Assembly: GCA_011773985.1 (NCBI GenBank)
Contig: WVWN01000062.1
Coordinates: forward strand, 132,084 to 196,083
Length of the DNA stretch: 64,000 bases
From: Candidatus Zixiibacteriota bacterium
GTDB taxonomy: Bacteria; RBG-13-66-14; B26-G2; WVWN01
Direction: 5' to 3'
The position numbers were made by a program, and so were the translations under genes. This document shows, one piece after another, positions 28,469 to 36,769 of this stretch (positions are counted from its first letter, which is position 1; the number at the start of each line of letters is the position of its first letter). The notes beneath the pieces are model-generated. The model worked only from the letters and a program-made list of their open reading frames with translations, made no database searches and was not told the DNA's origin.

Positions 28469-28921
28469 ATGCCCGTCCAAATCAGCGTTATCGGCGACGC
28501 GGCCGCCGACGCCGCGTGCCTGGAGGCCGCGTACGGCGTTGGGCGCTTGGCGGCCGGGCGCGGCTGGCTGGTGTTGACGGGCGGCCTGGGCGGCGTTATG
28601 GAGGCCGCGAGCAGGGGGGCCGCGGAGGCGGGAGGGCTGACGGTCGGTATCCTTCCCACGTACGACTTTTCGACCGCGAACGCGCACGTCAAGGTAAAAA
28701 TCCCCACGGGCCTCGGCCACGCCCGGAACGCGGTGGTCGTCGCCGCGGCCGCGGGCGTAATCGCCATAGGCGGCCGCTACGGGACGCTGTCCGAGATCGC
28801 GCTCGCCCTTAAGCTCGGCAAGCCGGTCGTGGGGATACATACCTGGCCCGGCATCGAGGGCGTCTGGCCGGCGTCGGACGCGGAGGCCGCGGTCGCCAAG
28901 CTCGCGGCGCTCCTCGAGTAA
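28469..28921 (+). CDS. LOG/TIGR00725-family Rossmann-fold nucleotide-binding protein
   Basis: MPVQISVIGDAAA...LVLTGGLGGVMEAASRGA...PTGLGHARNAVVVAAAAGVIAIGG are the LOG-family GGxGxxG and PGGxGTxxE-like motifs. ATG at 28469, because the track ORF begins inside the tRNA. Confidence 0.65.
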   Translation: MPVQISVIGDAAADAACLEAAYGVGRLAAGRGWLVLTGGLGGVMEAASRGAAEAGGLTVGILPTYDFSTANAHVKVKIPTGLGHARNAVVVAAAAGVIAIGGRYGTLSEIALALKLGKPVVGIHTWPGIEGVWPASDAEAAVAKLAALLE

Positions 28922-28927
28922 AGCGGA

Positions 28928-29215
28928 ATGGGCCCGCGCGAAGTCATAAGGCGGAGGTTGTTGATTTCCGGCGCGGTCCAAGGGGTAGGCTTCCGGTATT
29001 GGGCCGTTCGCGAAGCGGCGGCCTTTGACGTCCGCGGTTACGTACGCAACCTCCGCGCCGGTTCGGTAGAGGCCGTGCTCGAGGGGCCGCGGGACGAGGT
29101 GGCGCGTTTCGCGGAAACGCTAAGCCAAGGGCCGCCTTTCGGCCGCGTCCGGCGCGTCGACGTAATCGAAGAAGAGCCCCGCGGAGAGTTCGCGTCTTTC
29201 GACGTAAAATTTTGA
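28928..29215 (+). CDS. acyP: Acylphosphatase
   Basis: ISGAVQGVGFRYWAV together with GYVRNLRAGSVEAVLEG, the acylphosphatase signatures. Confidence 0.8.
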   Translation: MGPREVIRRRLLISGAVQGVGFRYWAVREAAAFDVRGYVRNLRAGSVEAVLEGPRDEVARFAETLSQGPPFGRVRRVDVIEEEPRGEFASFDVKF

Positions 29216-29255
29216 GCGATAAAGCCGTTCGTTCGTAGGAATACTCGCACGAGGT

Positions 29256-30239
29256 TTGGCGATGGTTAAAGACCCGCGTTCGGAAGGAACCTTTGAAGGC
29301 CGAGAGCCGTCCGGCGAAGAGCTCGAGGGCGACGAGGATGAAACCCTCGGCCCCGACCAGATTTCCGAAGTAATCGACGAACTCGAGTCGGAACGGGAGT
29401 ACGAGGCCAACCTCGTTCGCGCCTACCTCCAGGATATCTCGAAAATCCCGATATTGACGAAAGACGAAGAAGTCGAACTCGCGAAGAAGATCGAAAAGGG
29501 AAATGCCGCGGCTCGAGGCAAGATGATCGTATCCAACCTGCGCTTGGTCGTAAACGTCGCGAAACAGTTCATGGGGCGGGGCATGTCGTTTCTGGACCTC
29601 ATCGAAGAAGGCAACTTGGGCCTTATCCGGGCGGTGGAGAAGTTCTCTTACCGAAGGGGATGTCGCTTCAGCACTTACGCCACGTGGTGGATTAGGCAAA
29701 CCGTGAACAGGGCCCTCATAAACCAGGGCAGGACCGTGCGCGTCCCGGTCCACGTCGCCGATTTAACCAAGAAATATTTCCGGACGTTGCAAGAGTTGGC
29801 CCATAAATTGGAGCGGGAGCCGGTACCGGCCGAAGTGGCGATTGCCATGGGCATTTCCCGCGACCAGGTCGAACGTATACTACTATCTTCCCGCAGGACT
29901 TATAAGCTCGACGCGGAGCTACCGGGCGACGAGCGGTCGCTATTGGAGAAGGTCGAGAACGACAAGAGCCAGGCGCCGTACGCTACCGCGTATTTGCTCG
30001 TCCGGTACGGTAGGCTGGTCGAACTCATGAAGCGTCTCAGCAAGCGGGAACAGGGGGTACTGCGCATGAGGTTTGGCCTCGACGGCCACGAGCAACTGAC
30101 GCTGAAGAGGACGGGCGAGAAACTGGGCATAACCCGGGAACGGGTGCGCCAAATCGAAAAAGAGGCCTTAAACAAACTCCGCCAGATGGCGGAGGCCGAG
30201 AGCCGTATCGGCGAGGATAGCTTCGCGGACGACCTTTAG
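29256..30239 (+). CDS. RNA polymerase sigma factor, sigma-70 family (group 1/2-like, RpoD/RpoS-type)
   Basis: Region 2 (DLIEEGNLGLIRAVEKFSYRRGCRFSTYATWWIRQ), region 3, and a region 4 HTH (TLKRTGEKLGITRERVRQIE). Confidence 0.85.
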   Translation: MAMVKDPRSEGTFEGREPSGEELEGDEDETLGPDQISEVIDELESEREYEANLVRAYLQDISKIPILTKDEEVELAKKIEKGNAAARGKMIVSNLRLVVNVAKQFMGRGMSFLDLIEEGNLGLIRAVEKFSYRRGCRFSTYATWWIRQTVNRALINQGRTVRVPVHVADLTKKYFRTLQELAHKLEREPVPAEVAIAMGISRDQVERILLSSRRTYKLDAELPGDERSLLEKVENDKSQAPYATAYLLVRYGRLVELMKRLSKREQGVLRMRFGLDGHEQLTLKRTGEKLGITRERVRQIEKEALNKLRQMAEAESRIGEDSFADDL

Positions 30240-30263
30240 GCGCGTCGCGGAAAGGACCGACAG

Positions 30264-30788
30264 GTGGTCGAGAACAGGCTGAGGAGTTACATCAGGGACG
30301 TACCCGATTGGCCTAAAGAAGGCGTTATATTCAAAGACATAACGACGCTCTTGCGGGACCCGGAGGCGTTGAGGTTGGCCGTAGACGCTCTGGCCGACAG
30401 ATACCGCGACCGCGGCATCGACTACGTGGCGTCGGTGGAAGCGCGGGGGTTTATCCTGGGCGGCCCCGTGGCGTACCTTCTCGGCGCGGGCTTCGTACCC
30501 ATCCGAAAGCCCGGCAAGTTGCCCTGGGAAACGCGGCGCGCGGAGTACGAGTTGGAATACGGCACCGACGCCGTGGAGGTACACGTGGACGCTTTCGAAG
30601 CCGGCAGCCGCGTATTGGTTTGCGACGACCTGCTCGCCACGGGCGGGACCGCGCTCGCCACCGCGCGTTTGGTCGAGGCTTGCGGCGCGGCCGTCGAGGC
30701 GTTCGTATTCCTGGTCGAACTCGATTTCTTGTCCGGCCGCGACAAGCTCGACGGCTACGAGGTATTTTCGATTATCCACTACGGCTAG
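30264..30788 (+). CDS. apt: Adenine phosphoribosyltransferase
   Basis: PRPP-binding motif [14 protein letters not shown] with the EARGF motif. Confidence 0.85.
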   Translation: MVENRLRSYIRDVPDWPKEGVIFKDITTLLRDPEALRLAVDALADRYRDRGIDYVASVEARGFILGGPVAYLLGAGFVPIRKPGKLPWETRRAEYELEYGTDAVEVHVDAFEAGSRVLVCDDLLATGGTALATARLVEACGAAVEAFVFLVELDFLSGRDKLDGYEVFSIIHYG

Positions 30789-30849
30789 TTTCTCGCGTAA
30801 TATTGCAAGGAAACGTCCAATATGTTATAAATTTAAGTCGTGACGGGAG

Positions 30850-30923
30850 GCGCCCGTAGCTCAATAGGATAGAGCAGTGGTTTCCTAAACCACCGGTCGG
30901 AGGTTCGAATCCTCTCGGGCGCA
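30850..30923 (+). tRNA. tRNA-Arg (anticodon CCT)
   Basis: Manual cloverleaf: acceptor GCGCCCG/CGGGCGC, anticodon loop TTCCTAA, T loop TTCGAAT. Confidence 0.85.
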
Positions 30924-30949
30924 AAGGCGACACCCTCGTCGGAGCGCGT

Positions 30950-32383
30950 ATGGAGTTTTATTTAAATATCGACGGAAATCAGCGGGGCCCGCTCGGGTTC
31001 GCCGAGTTCCGCGAACTAGTGAAGGCCAAGGGCGTCTCGCAGGAAGACTACGTTTGGGAACCGAAGCAAGGCCGGTGGATTAAAATAAAATTCCACGCCG
31101 AACTTGCCGACATATTCAACGAGGAAGCCACGTTGGCTGCCGCGGAAGACGAGGGTTTCTTCATCAACGTCGAAGGTAAAACCGGCGGCCCCTTCCCGCG
31201 CGACGCGATAATTACCGAGATAAGGCGAGGCCGGTTCACGGACAACCATTTCGTTTGGGACGCCGTCGCCAACCGGTGGCTCAGAGCCTCGGAACACTCC
31301 GTATTCTCGAGATTCTTGGCCGAGGGCGCCAGACCGGCCGCCAAGAAATATTACCTGAGCAAAGAGGGTGCTCGCTTTGGCCCGTTCGAGTTCGGCGGCG
31401 TCGAGGAGAAAATACTCGCGCGTGAATTTAATCGCGACCATTACGTTTGGGAAACACAGCTCAAGAAGTGGGTAAAGCTCGGCGAGGCCGCCGACTTCGC
31501 CGACGCGTTCGCGGACCTGGACGCGGCCGCGCCGGAGGTTCCGCCGCCTATGGCCTCGCCGGAACCGTCCGTTCCCCCGGCCCCGGCCTTCGAGCCTGCG
31601 CCTCTGACGGCTCCGCCGACGCCGCCCGCGCGGGAACCTTCCGCGCCGCCGCCCGCCGGGGTTTTACCGGTCGGCCCCGCGCGCGGGCGCGCGGAACCGC
31701 CGCCCCCCGACAAGGCCGCACCCGAACCGAAAGTGGGGGATTTGGTCTCCATCTCGATACCGCCGCCGACGCCGGAACGGAAAACCCCGCCGCCGCAGCC
31801 GCCTCTCGAAGTCTCTGCCGGCGCAGCGGAACCCATAACGGCGGCCGCGAAAAAAGAAACGCCCTTGGCCGAGGAGAAAGGCATTGAAATCGACCGTTCC
31901 GTCTTAATGGATTTCTCGCGCCCTTCGTACGTCCGGCGGATTGCGGCGCAACTCGTGGACTTGTTCTTCATAGGCCTCTCGTATTTCCCGGTAGCGATAA
32001 TATTCAGCTTTACGGGCAAAAACCCGTTCTTACCCGGGCCCGACCACGATTATTACCAGCAGCTGTTTTGGCTCACCATAGCCGGTATCGGCGTTTTCTA
32101 TTTCCTCGTGCGCGACGCGGGCGGCGCGAGCATCGGTAAACGTATCATGGGATTGCGCGTCGTCAAATACGACGATTACGACCGCCGCGCGGGCCTCTTC
32201 CACTCGATTATGCGTAATATAACGCTCCTGCTGCCGCCCGTAAACATACTGGACGTCGTTTACGCCCTTACGGACCTCAAGGGCCGGCGCCTCGGCGACC
32301 GCGCGGCCGGAACGGTACTCACCGAATCCGCGGAGATTGACTACATTAGGGGGCAAGGTACGATACTCGATGAGGTCTATTAA
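30950..32383 (+). CDS. Membrane protein with three N-terminal DUF4339 (GYF-like) repeats, a proline-rich linker and a C-terminal RDD domain
   Basis: Three roughly 45-aa repeats of the form ...GPxxxxEhxxxxxxGxhxxDxYVWxxxxxxWhK. A P/A-rich linker follows. The RDD domain reads RRIAAQLVDLFFIG...RDAGGASIGKRIMGLRVV. Confidence 0.7.
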   Translation: MEFYLNIDGNQRGPLGFAEFRELVKAKGVSQEDYVWEPKQGRWIKIKFHAELADIFNEEATLAAAEDEGFFINVEGKTGGPFPRDAIITEIRRGRFTDNHFVWDAVANRWLRASEHSVFSRFLAEGARPAAKKYYLSKEGARFGPFEFGGVEEKILAREFNRDHYVWETQLKKWVKLGEAADFADAFADLDAAAPEVPPPMASPEPSVPPAPAFEPAPLTAPPTPPAREPSAPPPAGVLPVGPARGRAEPPPPDKAAPEPKVGDLVSISIPPPTPERKTPPPQPPLEVSAGAAEPITAAAKKETPLAEEKGIEIDRSVLMDFSRPSYVRRIAAQLVDLFFIGLSYFPVAIIFSFTGKNPFLPGPDHDYYQQLFWLTIAGIGVFYFLVRDAGGASIGKRIMGLRVVKYDDYDRRAGLFHSIMRNITLLLPPVNILDVVYALTDLKGRRLGDRAAGTVLTESAEIDYIRGQGTILDEVY

Positions 32384-32903
32384 TACCGACGTCCTGCTGC
32401 GTAATCGGCGCGTGTTCGCCCGCGCACGCGACGTTAACTTCGCCGCCGCGGGCCGCTTGGTTGACGAGATCCTCGCTTACTTCGGCGAAAACGGCGCCGA
32501 ATTGATCGAACCGGAACGCGTAAAGGATATGGTGGCGTCGCTCGTGGACCGCCTTTACCACGCGCGTTATTTCGCACGCCTATCCGCGGGAGGCAATAAC
32601 GCCGCCCCCGCGCCCGAAATCAATCACGCCGAGCAGGCCTATATAGACCACGTAGAGACGATGTATTCTTACGCGCGTTCCATCCACCGCTTCGTCCGCC
32701 ACGAGCTATTGATCGATTCCTTTGTGCGCGAGCACCCGGACGTCTCGTACGAGCTCAAAGCGTACCTCGGCGCGATTCGAAAAAGCGACGCCAACCTGGT
32801 ATACAACAGCTTGCGCAGCCTCCGGGAACGCATGAACGTTTACGGCCAGTTTATGAATCACCCGCGCGCCGCGGCTCTCGAAGCCCCCGCCGAAACGTCG
32901 TAA
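32370..32903 (+). CDS. Hypothetical cytoplasmic alpha-helical protein
   Basis: Open frame with consistent codon usage overlapping the end of the RDD gene. ATG at 32370 preferred over the track's 32337. No recognised motif. Confidence 0.4.
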   Translation: MRSINTDVLLRNRRVFARARDVNFAAAGRLVDEILAYFGENGAELIEPERVKDMVASLVDRLYHARYFARLSAGGNNAAPAPEINHAEQAYIDHVETMYSYARSIHRFVRHELLIDSFVREHPDVSYELKAYLGAIRKSDANLVYNSLRSLRERMNVYGQFMNHPRAAALEAPAETS

Positions 32904-32922
32904 CCTTATACGAGGAGGAAAG

Positions 32923-33393
32923 ATGGCCACGCACGCCTTTCGGGCGTTAACGCTCCTGGGAACGTTAACGTTGATTTATGCGCCTCTGTCGCACGCGGAG
33001 ACGGAGAAGCCGGTAATAGCCGTCTTTCATTTTGAGACCCAAGGCGCGGGGAGTTACGTCGGGCCGGTGGTTGCGCGTTACCTGATGGCCGCGTTCGCCT
33101 ATTTGGGAAAATATGAAGTCGTCAACCCGCCCAAGATAGTAAAAATCATGGAGGGGTGGAACATCGGCGAGGGGGAACCGGTCTCCGTGGCGGACGCCGT
33201 GGCTATGGGTAAGAGCGTCGGCGCAATGATAGCTTGCCGCGGCAAAGTAACAAAAAATAAAGACAAATATACGATCACCGTAGAGTTCATAAGCACCGCT
33301 AACGGCGCCGTAGTCAACTCCCAAAGTGTCAACGTAACCGGCGAGGCCAACCTTTCGAAAGGCGTAGACCGCATAGTGGGCTTGACGAAGTGA
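32923..33393 (+). CDS. Secreted small protein with an LpoB / TolB-N / CsgG-like fold signature
   Basis: Signal peptide, then PVIAVFHFETQGAGSYVGPVVARYLMAAF...KYEVVNP...AMGKSVGAMIACRGKVTK...KYTITVEFISTANGAVV, which follows the spacing of the LpoB/TolB-N-like family. The assignment is tentative. Confidence 0.4.
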   Translation: MATHAFRALTLLGTLTLIYAPLSHAETEKPVIAVFHFETQGAGSYVGPVVARYLMAAFAYLGKYEVVNPPKIVKIMEGWNIGEGEPVSVADAVAMGKSVGAMIACRGKVTKNKDKYTITVEFISTANGAVVNSQSVNVTGEANLSKGVDRIVGLTK

Positions 33394-34076
33394 GGCCGTC
33401 AAGGGCCGAACGTGGTTTTATCGTAGCCGCGGCCGCGGCGGGTTTTTTATTGATCGCCGGCCCCGCGCGGGGCCAGGAAATCCCTTCGCCCTTCGCCGCG
33501 GCGTTGGACGAGGCCGTGGCCGCGGCGCGCGCCGGCGACCGCGAAAAAGCGGCCGCCCTGTTGCTTAAGCTTTCCGAAGAATACCCCGACGAACCTTCGA
33601 CCTTCTACAACCTCGCGTTGACGTACGAGTTCGACGCCGACGGGAAACGCTACCGCGGCGACACCTTGAGCCTCGCGGCTTCGTACTACCAACGAGCCTT
33701 GGCCCTCGACCCGCTCTTTACCCCGGCCCGGCTAAATATCGGCGTCATATGGCACCGCCTCGGATATCTGGAAGAGGCCGCGCGCGAATATCGCCTCGTC
33801 GTTAAAGGAGGAGGCGAGTTCACCCCTCGCGGTGAAAACAATTTGGCGTTGGTATTGAGGGCCGAGGGGCGTCCGAAGGAAGCAGAGGCCGTCCTGACGA
33901 AAAGTAAGGCATCTTACGAGGACGCGTCGCGCGTGCGGTTATTAGCGCTGCTGGCTGAGGACGCCGGCGAGGTGGGACGAGCCATCCTCCTTTGGAAACG
34001 CGCGTTGGCCCTCGACGATAACCCGGCCTTAAGCGCGCTCGCGTTCAAACACCTTCAAGCTTTGCGCGGTTATTAA
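33390..34076 (+). CDS. TPR-repeat protein with a signal peptide
   Basis: Several 34-aa TPR-like repeats (AxxYxxALxLDP...). GTG start overlaps the upstream stop. Confidence 0.6.
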   Translation: MRPSRAERGFIVAAAAAGFLLIAGPARGQEIPSPFAAALDEAVAAARAGDREKAAALLLKLSEEYPDEPSTFYNLALTYEFDADGKRYRGDTLSLAASYYQRALALDPLFTPARLNIGVIWHRLGYLEEAAREYRLVVKGGGEFTPRGENNLALVLRAEGRPKEAEAVLTKSKASYEDASRVRLLALLAEDAGEVGRAILLWKRALALDDNPALSALAFKHLQALRGY

Positions 34077-34088
34077 GGCGACCGGGAG

Positions 34089-35048
34089 GTGTCTACCGAA
34101 GATATGTCGTCCAAAAAATGGTGGTTTCTGGCCGCGGGCGCGGCGGTCATCGTGCTATTCGTGATTATCGTCGCCGCCACGCTTACGCTCTTTTTTCTCC
34201 CCGACGTAAAGCCGTACTCGCCGTTCGGGAGGAAAATCGCGGTCCTGGACATCCGGGGCGGTATTACCTCGTCCGAGGGGTTAATCAAGATCATCCACGG
34301 CTACCGGGACGATCCCACCGTTGCCGCGGTCGTCCTCTACGTCGATAGCCCGGGCGGCTCCGTCGCGCCGGTGCAGGAAGTTTATACGGAACTGCTTCGC
34401 CTTAAAGATAAAAATAAGAAAATCTACGCGTATATGTCTACCCTCGGCGCCTCCGGCGCTTATTACGTCGCATGCTCGAGCGAAAAAATTTACGCCTCAC
34501 CCGGGACCGCCACCGGGTCCGTGGGCGTCATCATGACTTTTACGAACGTGGAGGGCCTCTTCGGCAAGATAGGTTTGTCGAGCAAGACCGTCAAGAGCGG
34601 CCGCTACAAGGATATCGGTTCACCTTTCAGGCCCATGACGCCGGAGGAAGAAGCGCTTCTCGGCGAGACGGTGGATGACCTTTACCAACAGTTTTTGGAT
34701 ACCGTCGTCGAAGCGCGACGCCCCGCCATCGCGGCCAAACTCAAAGCCGAAAACGAAGAAACGCCCAGCCGGTACCGCGTCCGCCGCTACGTCTTGAAGT
34801 ACGCCGACGGCCGGATCTTCTCGGGCCGCCAGGCGCAGGAGCTCGGGTTCGTGGACGAACTCGGAAACTTTCAAAAGTGTTTGAGGGACGTCGCGAAAGA
34901 AGTCGGCATTAAGGGCCGACCGACTATAGTTAGAAAAAGGCTCAAGGAAAAATCCATCTACGAAATCCTTTTCGGACGCGTAAAAACGGAGCTTTTGGGC
35001 CTGGGCGATTCTGGACCTCGCGTCGAGTTTAAATATTCCCTTTACTAG
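34089..35048 (+). CDS. sppA: Signal peptide peptidase SppA (S49, 36K type)
   Basis: N-terminal TM helix, AVVLYVDSPGGSV, and the serine nucleophile region MSTLGASGAYYVA within the ClpP/crotonase fold. Confidence 0.8.
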   Translation: MSTEDMSSKKWWFLAAGAAVIVLFVIIVAATLTLFFLPDVKPYSPFGRKIAVLDIRGGITSSEGLIKIIHGYRDDPTVAAVVLYVDSPGGSVAPVQEVYTELLRLKDKNKKIYAYMSTLGASGAYYVACSSEKIYASPGTATGSVGVIMTFTNVEGLFGKIGLSSKTVKSGRYKDIGSPFRPMTPEEEALLGETVDDLYQQFLDTVVEARRPAIAAKLKAENEETPSRYRVRRYVLKYADGRIFSGRQAQELGFVDELGNFQKCLRDVAKEVGIKGRPTIVRKRLKEKSIYEILFGRVKTELLGLGDSGPRVEFKYSLY

Positions 35049-35121
35049 CTCGAGGGTTAACGGCCGTTTGCGAAAGCCGCCCCGACGGCGCGTACCAAAC
35101 CGTTTAAAAGGTGGTCATCCC

Positions 35122-36075
35122 GTGCGTGAGTCAATCATCGTAGTTTTGGCCCTCGGCCTCGCGTTTACCGTCGCCTGCAAGAAAGGGGCAGAGGCGCCGG
35201 CCGTGGGCGAAAAAGGCGAGCCCCGCGAAGGAGAAGCGCCGCAGGTAAAGGGTTTAGAGTTTAAAAGGGCCGAAAATTTGCCGGCCGGGGAAGCGCCGCC
35301 GGCGCCGGGTGGGGAAGAGCTCGGGGCGGCAGAGGGCGCCCGCCTTTTGAAGGGCCCCGTCGAGGGCGGCCCGGGAAAAGCGGCCGAGTTGAAACTCATC
35401 AAAACCGCCGAGCTGACGTGTGAAGTCGACGACGTCAACGAAGGTTTCGAGGAAGTGTACGCCGTAGCCAAGGCCGAGCGGGCGACGGTGGCGGGCACTA
35501 CGCGCGCCGTCGCCGAACAAGGTTACGCGTACGGCTCGATTACCCTCAAAATCCATCCGTCGAGGTACGACGAGACGATACGGGCGCTACGCAAGATAGG
35601 TCGATTGCTCGAGGAAAACACCGCGACCGAGGACGTTACGCAAGAGTACACCGACTTACAGGCCCGACTCGGCAACGCGGAGGCCGCGCGCGCCCGTTAC
35701 TTGGAAATCCTCGCGACCCGCGCCGGGACCGTGCGCGACATCCTCGACGTGGAACGGGAAATAGAGCGCGTGACGGAGAACGTCGAGCGGCTCAAGGGCC
35801 AAATGCGTTACCTCGACTCCCGAATCGGCCTTTCCACGATCACCGTCTATCTCGAGGAACCACACGCCGCGGTACCGACCGTCTACAACTTGGGCAAAGC
35901 GATTAAAAAGGCGTTCCGGGTAGCGGCCCGGATATGTATATTCCTAATCCAGGCAGTTATCGTATTATTACCTTTCATCGTAATATTAATAGCTCTGGTT
36001 GTGATAGTTCGGTTGATCATATGGTACTTCCAACGCCGGAGGCGCAGGGCGAAACAAGCGGTTAAGGGCTTATAG
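35122..36075 (+). CDS. DUF4349-like lipoprotein (coiled-coil plus C-terminal TM anchor)
   Basis: GTG start after AAAGGTGG. Lipoprotein-like signal ...LALGLAFTVAC. The central region ELKLIKTAELTCEVDDVNEGFEEV and the coiled-coil fit DUF4349. The C-terminus has a TM helix followed by an RRRRAK tail. Confidence 0.55.
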   Translation: MRESIIVVLALGLAFTVACKKGAEAPAVGEKGEPREGEAPQVKGLEFKRAENLPAGEAPPAPGGEELGAAEGARLLKGPVEGGPGKAAELKLIKTAELTCEVDDVNEGFEEVYAVAKAERATVAGTTRAVAEQGYAYGSITLKIHPSRYDETIRALRKIGRLLEENTATEDVTQEYTDLQARLGNAEAARARYLEILATRAGTVRDILDVEREIERVTENVERLKGQMRYLDSRIGLSTITVYLEEPHAAVPTVYNLGKAIKKAFRVAARICIFLIQAVIVLLPFIVILIALVVIVRLIIWYFQRRRRRAKQAVKGL

Positions 36076-36157
36076 AAGCGGGTCAAGCGCGCCCATCCAA
36101 TACTCCCAACGAGGCGGGCCCTAAGCGGTTCGCGCCGTTATATAGAGGGGACCTTGT

Positions 36158-36457
36158 ATGACGAAAGCGGATTTGGCACGTTCCATCGCCAAAAAGCATA
36201 ACTTGACTCAAAAAGAAGCGGCACGCGTCGTGGATGCCATTCTCGAGGCCATAAGCGAAACGCTGGCGCAGGGTAAAAAGGTCGAGCTACGAGGCTTCGG
36301 CTCGTTCTCAGTCAAAAAGCGCCCCGGCCGCAAGGCCCGTAATCCCAAGACCGGCGAACGGGTGTACGTGCCGCCGAAGGTTTCGCCGACGTTTAAAGCC
36401 TCCAAAGCGCTTAAAACGTTACTCGGCGAACCTCTAGGCGCGGTAGGGGATTCTTAA
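36158..36457 (+). CDS. HU/IHF-family DNA-binding protein (IHF-beta-like)
   Basis: Beta-arm motif RGFGSFSVKKRPGRKARNPKTGERVYVPPK and an N-terminal helix LARSIAKKHNLTQKEA. Confidence 0.85.
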   Translation: MTKADLARSIAKKHNLTQKEAARVVDAILEAISETLAQGKKVELRGFGSFSVKKRPGRKARNPKTGERVYVPPKVSPTFKASKALKTLLGEPLGAVGDS

Positions 36458-36472
36458 AACCCGAGGTGACGC

Positions 36473-36562
36473 ATGGGCTGTCCGAAAAAAAAGAAAAGGA
36501 AAAAAATTGCGAAACATAAAAGGAAAAAGAAGTCCCGCGCGAACCGGCACAAGAAGAAATAA
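36473..36562 (+). CDS. 29-aa lysine/arginine-rich peptide MGCPKKKKRKKIAKHKRKKKSRANRHKKK, candidate ribosomal protein bS22 (DUF1713/AURKAIP1-like)
   Basis: ATG preceded by GAGGTG at 5-nt spacing. Below the 60-aa cutoff, so absent from the track. The MG-x-x-K/R-rich ...KHKRKK...R..R.KK pattern resembles mycobacterial and Bacteroidetes bS22. Confidence 0.45.
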   Translation: MGCPKKKKRKKIAKHKRKKKSRANRHKKK

Positions 36563-36706
36563 AAAGCTAAAAAGAATTTAGTTTGGGCGTTTAATTAACA
36601 TAATATATATTATCGGACGTAAATAATTATTCTATTATTCGTTTCCCTTTACCGCCTATCCTTTTAATTTTCATATACTTATAGACCGCCATATTTTATT
36701 CTAATT

Positions 36707-36748
36707 TAATTCTCAAAGAAAACAAACGAGCTCCCCTCTCGGGGAGCT
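36707..36748 (-). terminator. Rho-independent terminator for glgA
   Basis: 8-bp hairpin AGCTCCCC/GGGGAGCT followed on the minus strand by GTTTGTTTTCTTT. Confidence 0.6.
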
Positions 36749-36769
36749 TCAAATCTTGATTCGGCCTAC

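Noticed and set aside
36165-36185. TGGCAC...TCGC sequence resembling a sigma-54 -24/-12 element
   Set aside because: The -12 region does not match TTGCW and the site lies inside the HU/IHF coding sequence. Other GG/GC candidates (13508-13525 and 59765-59785) have wrong spacing.
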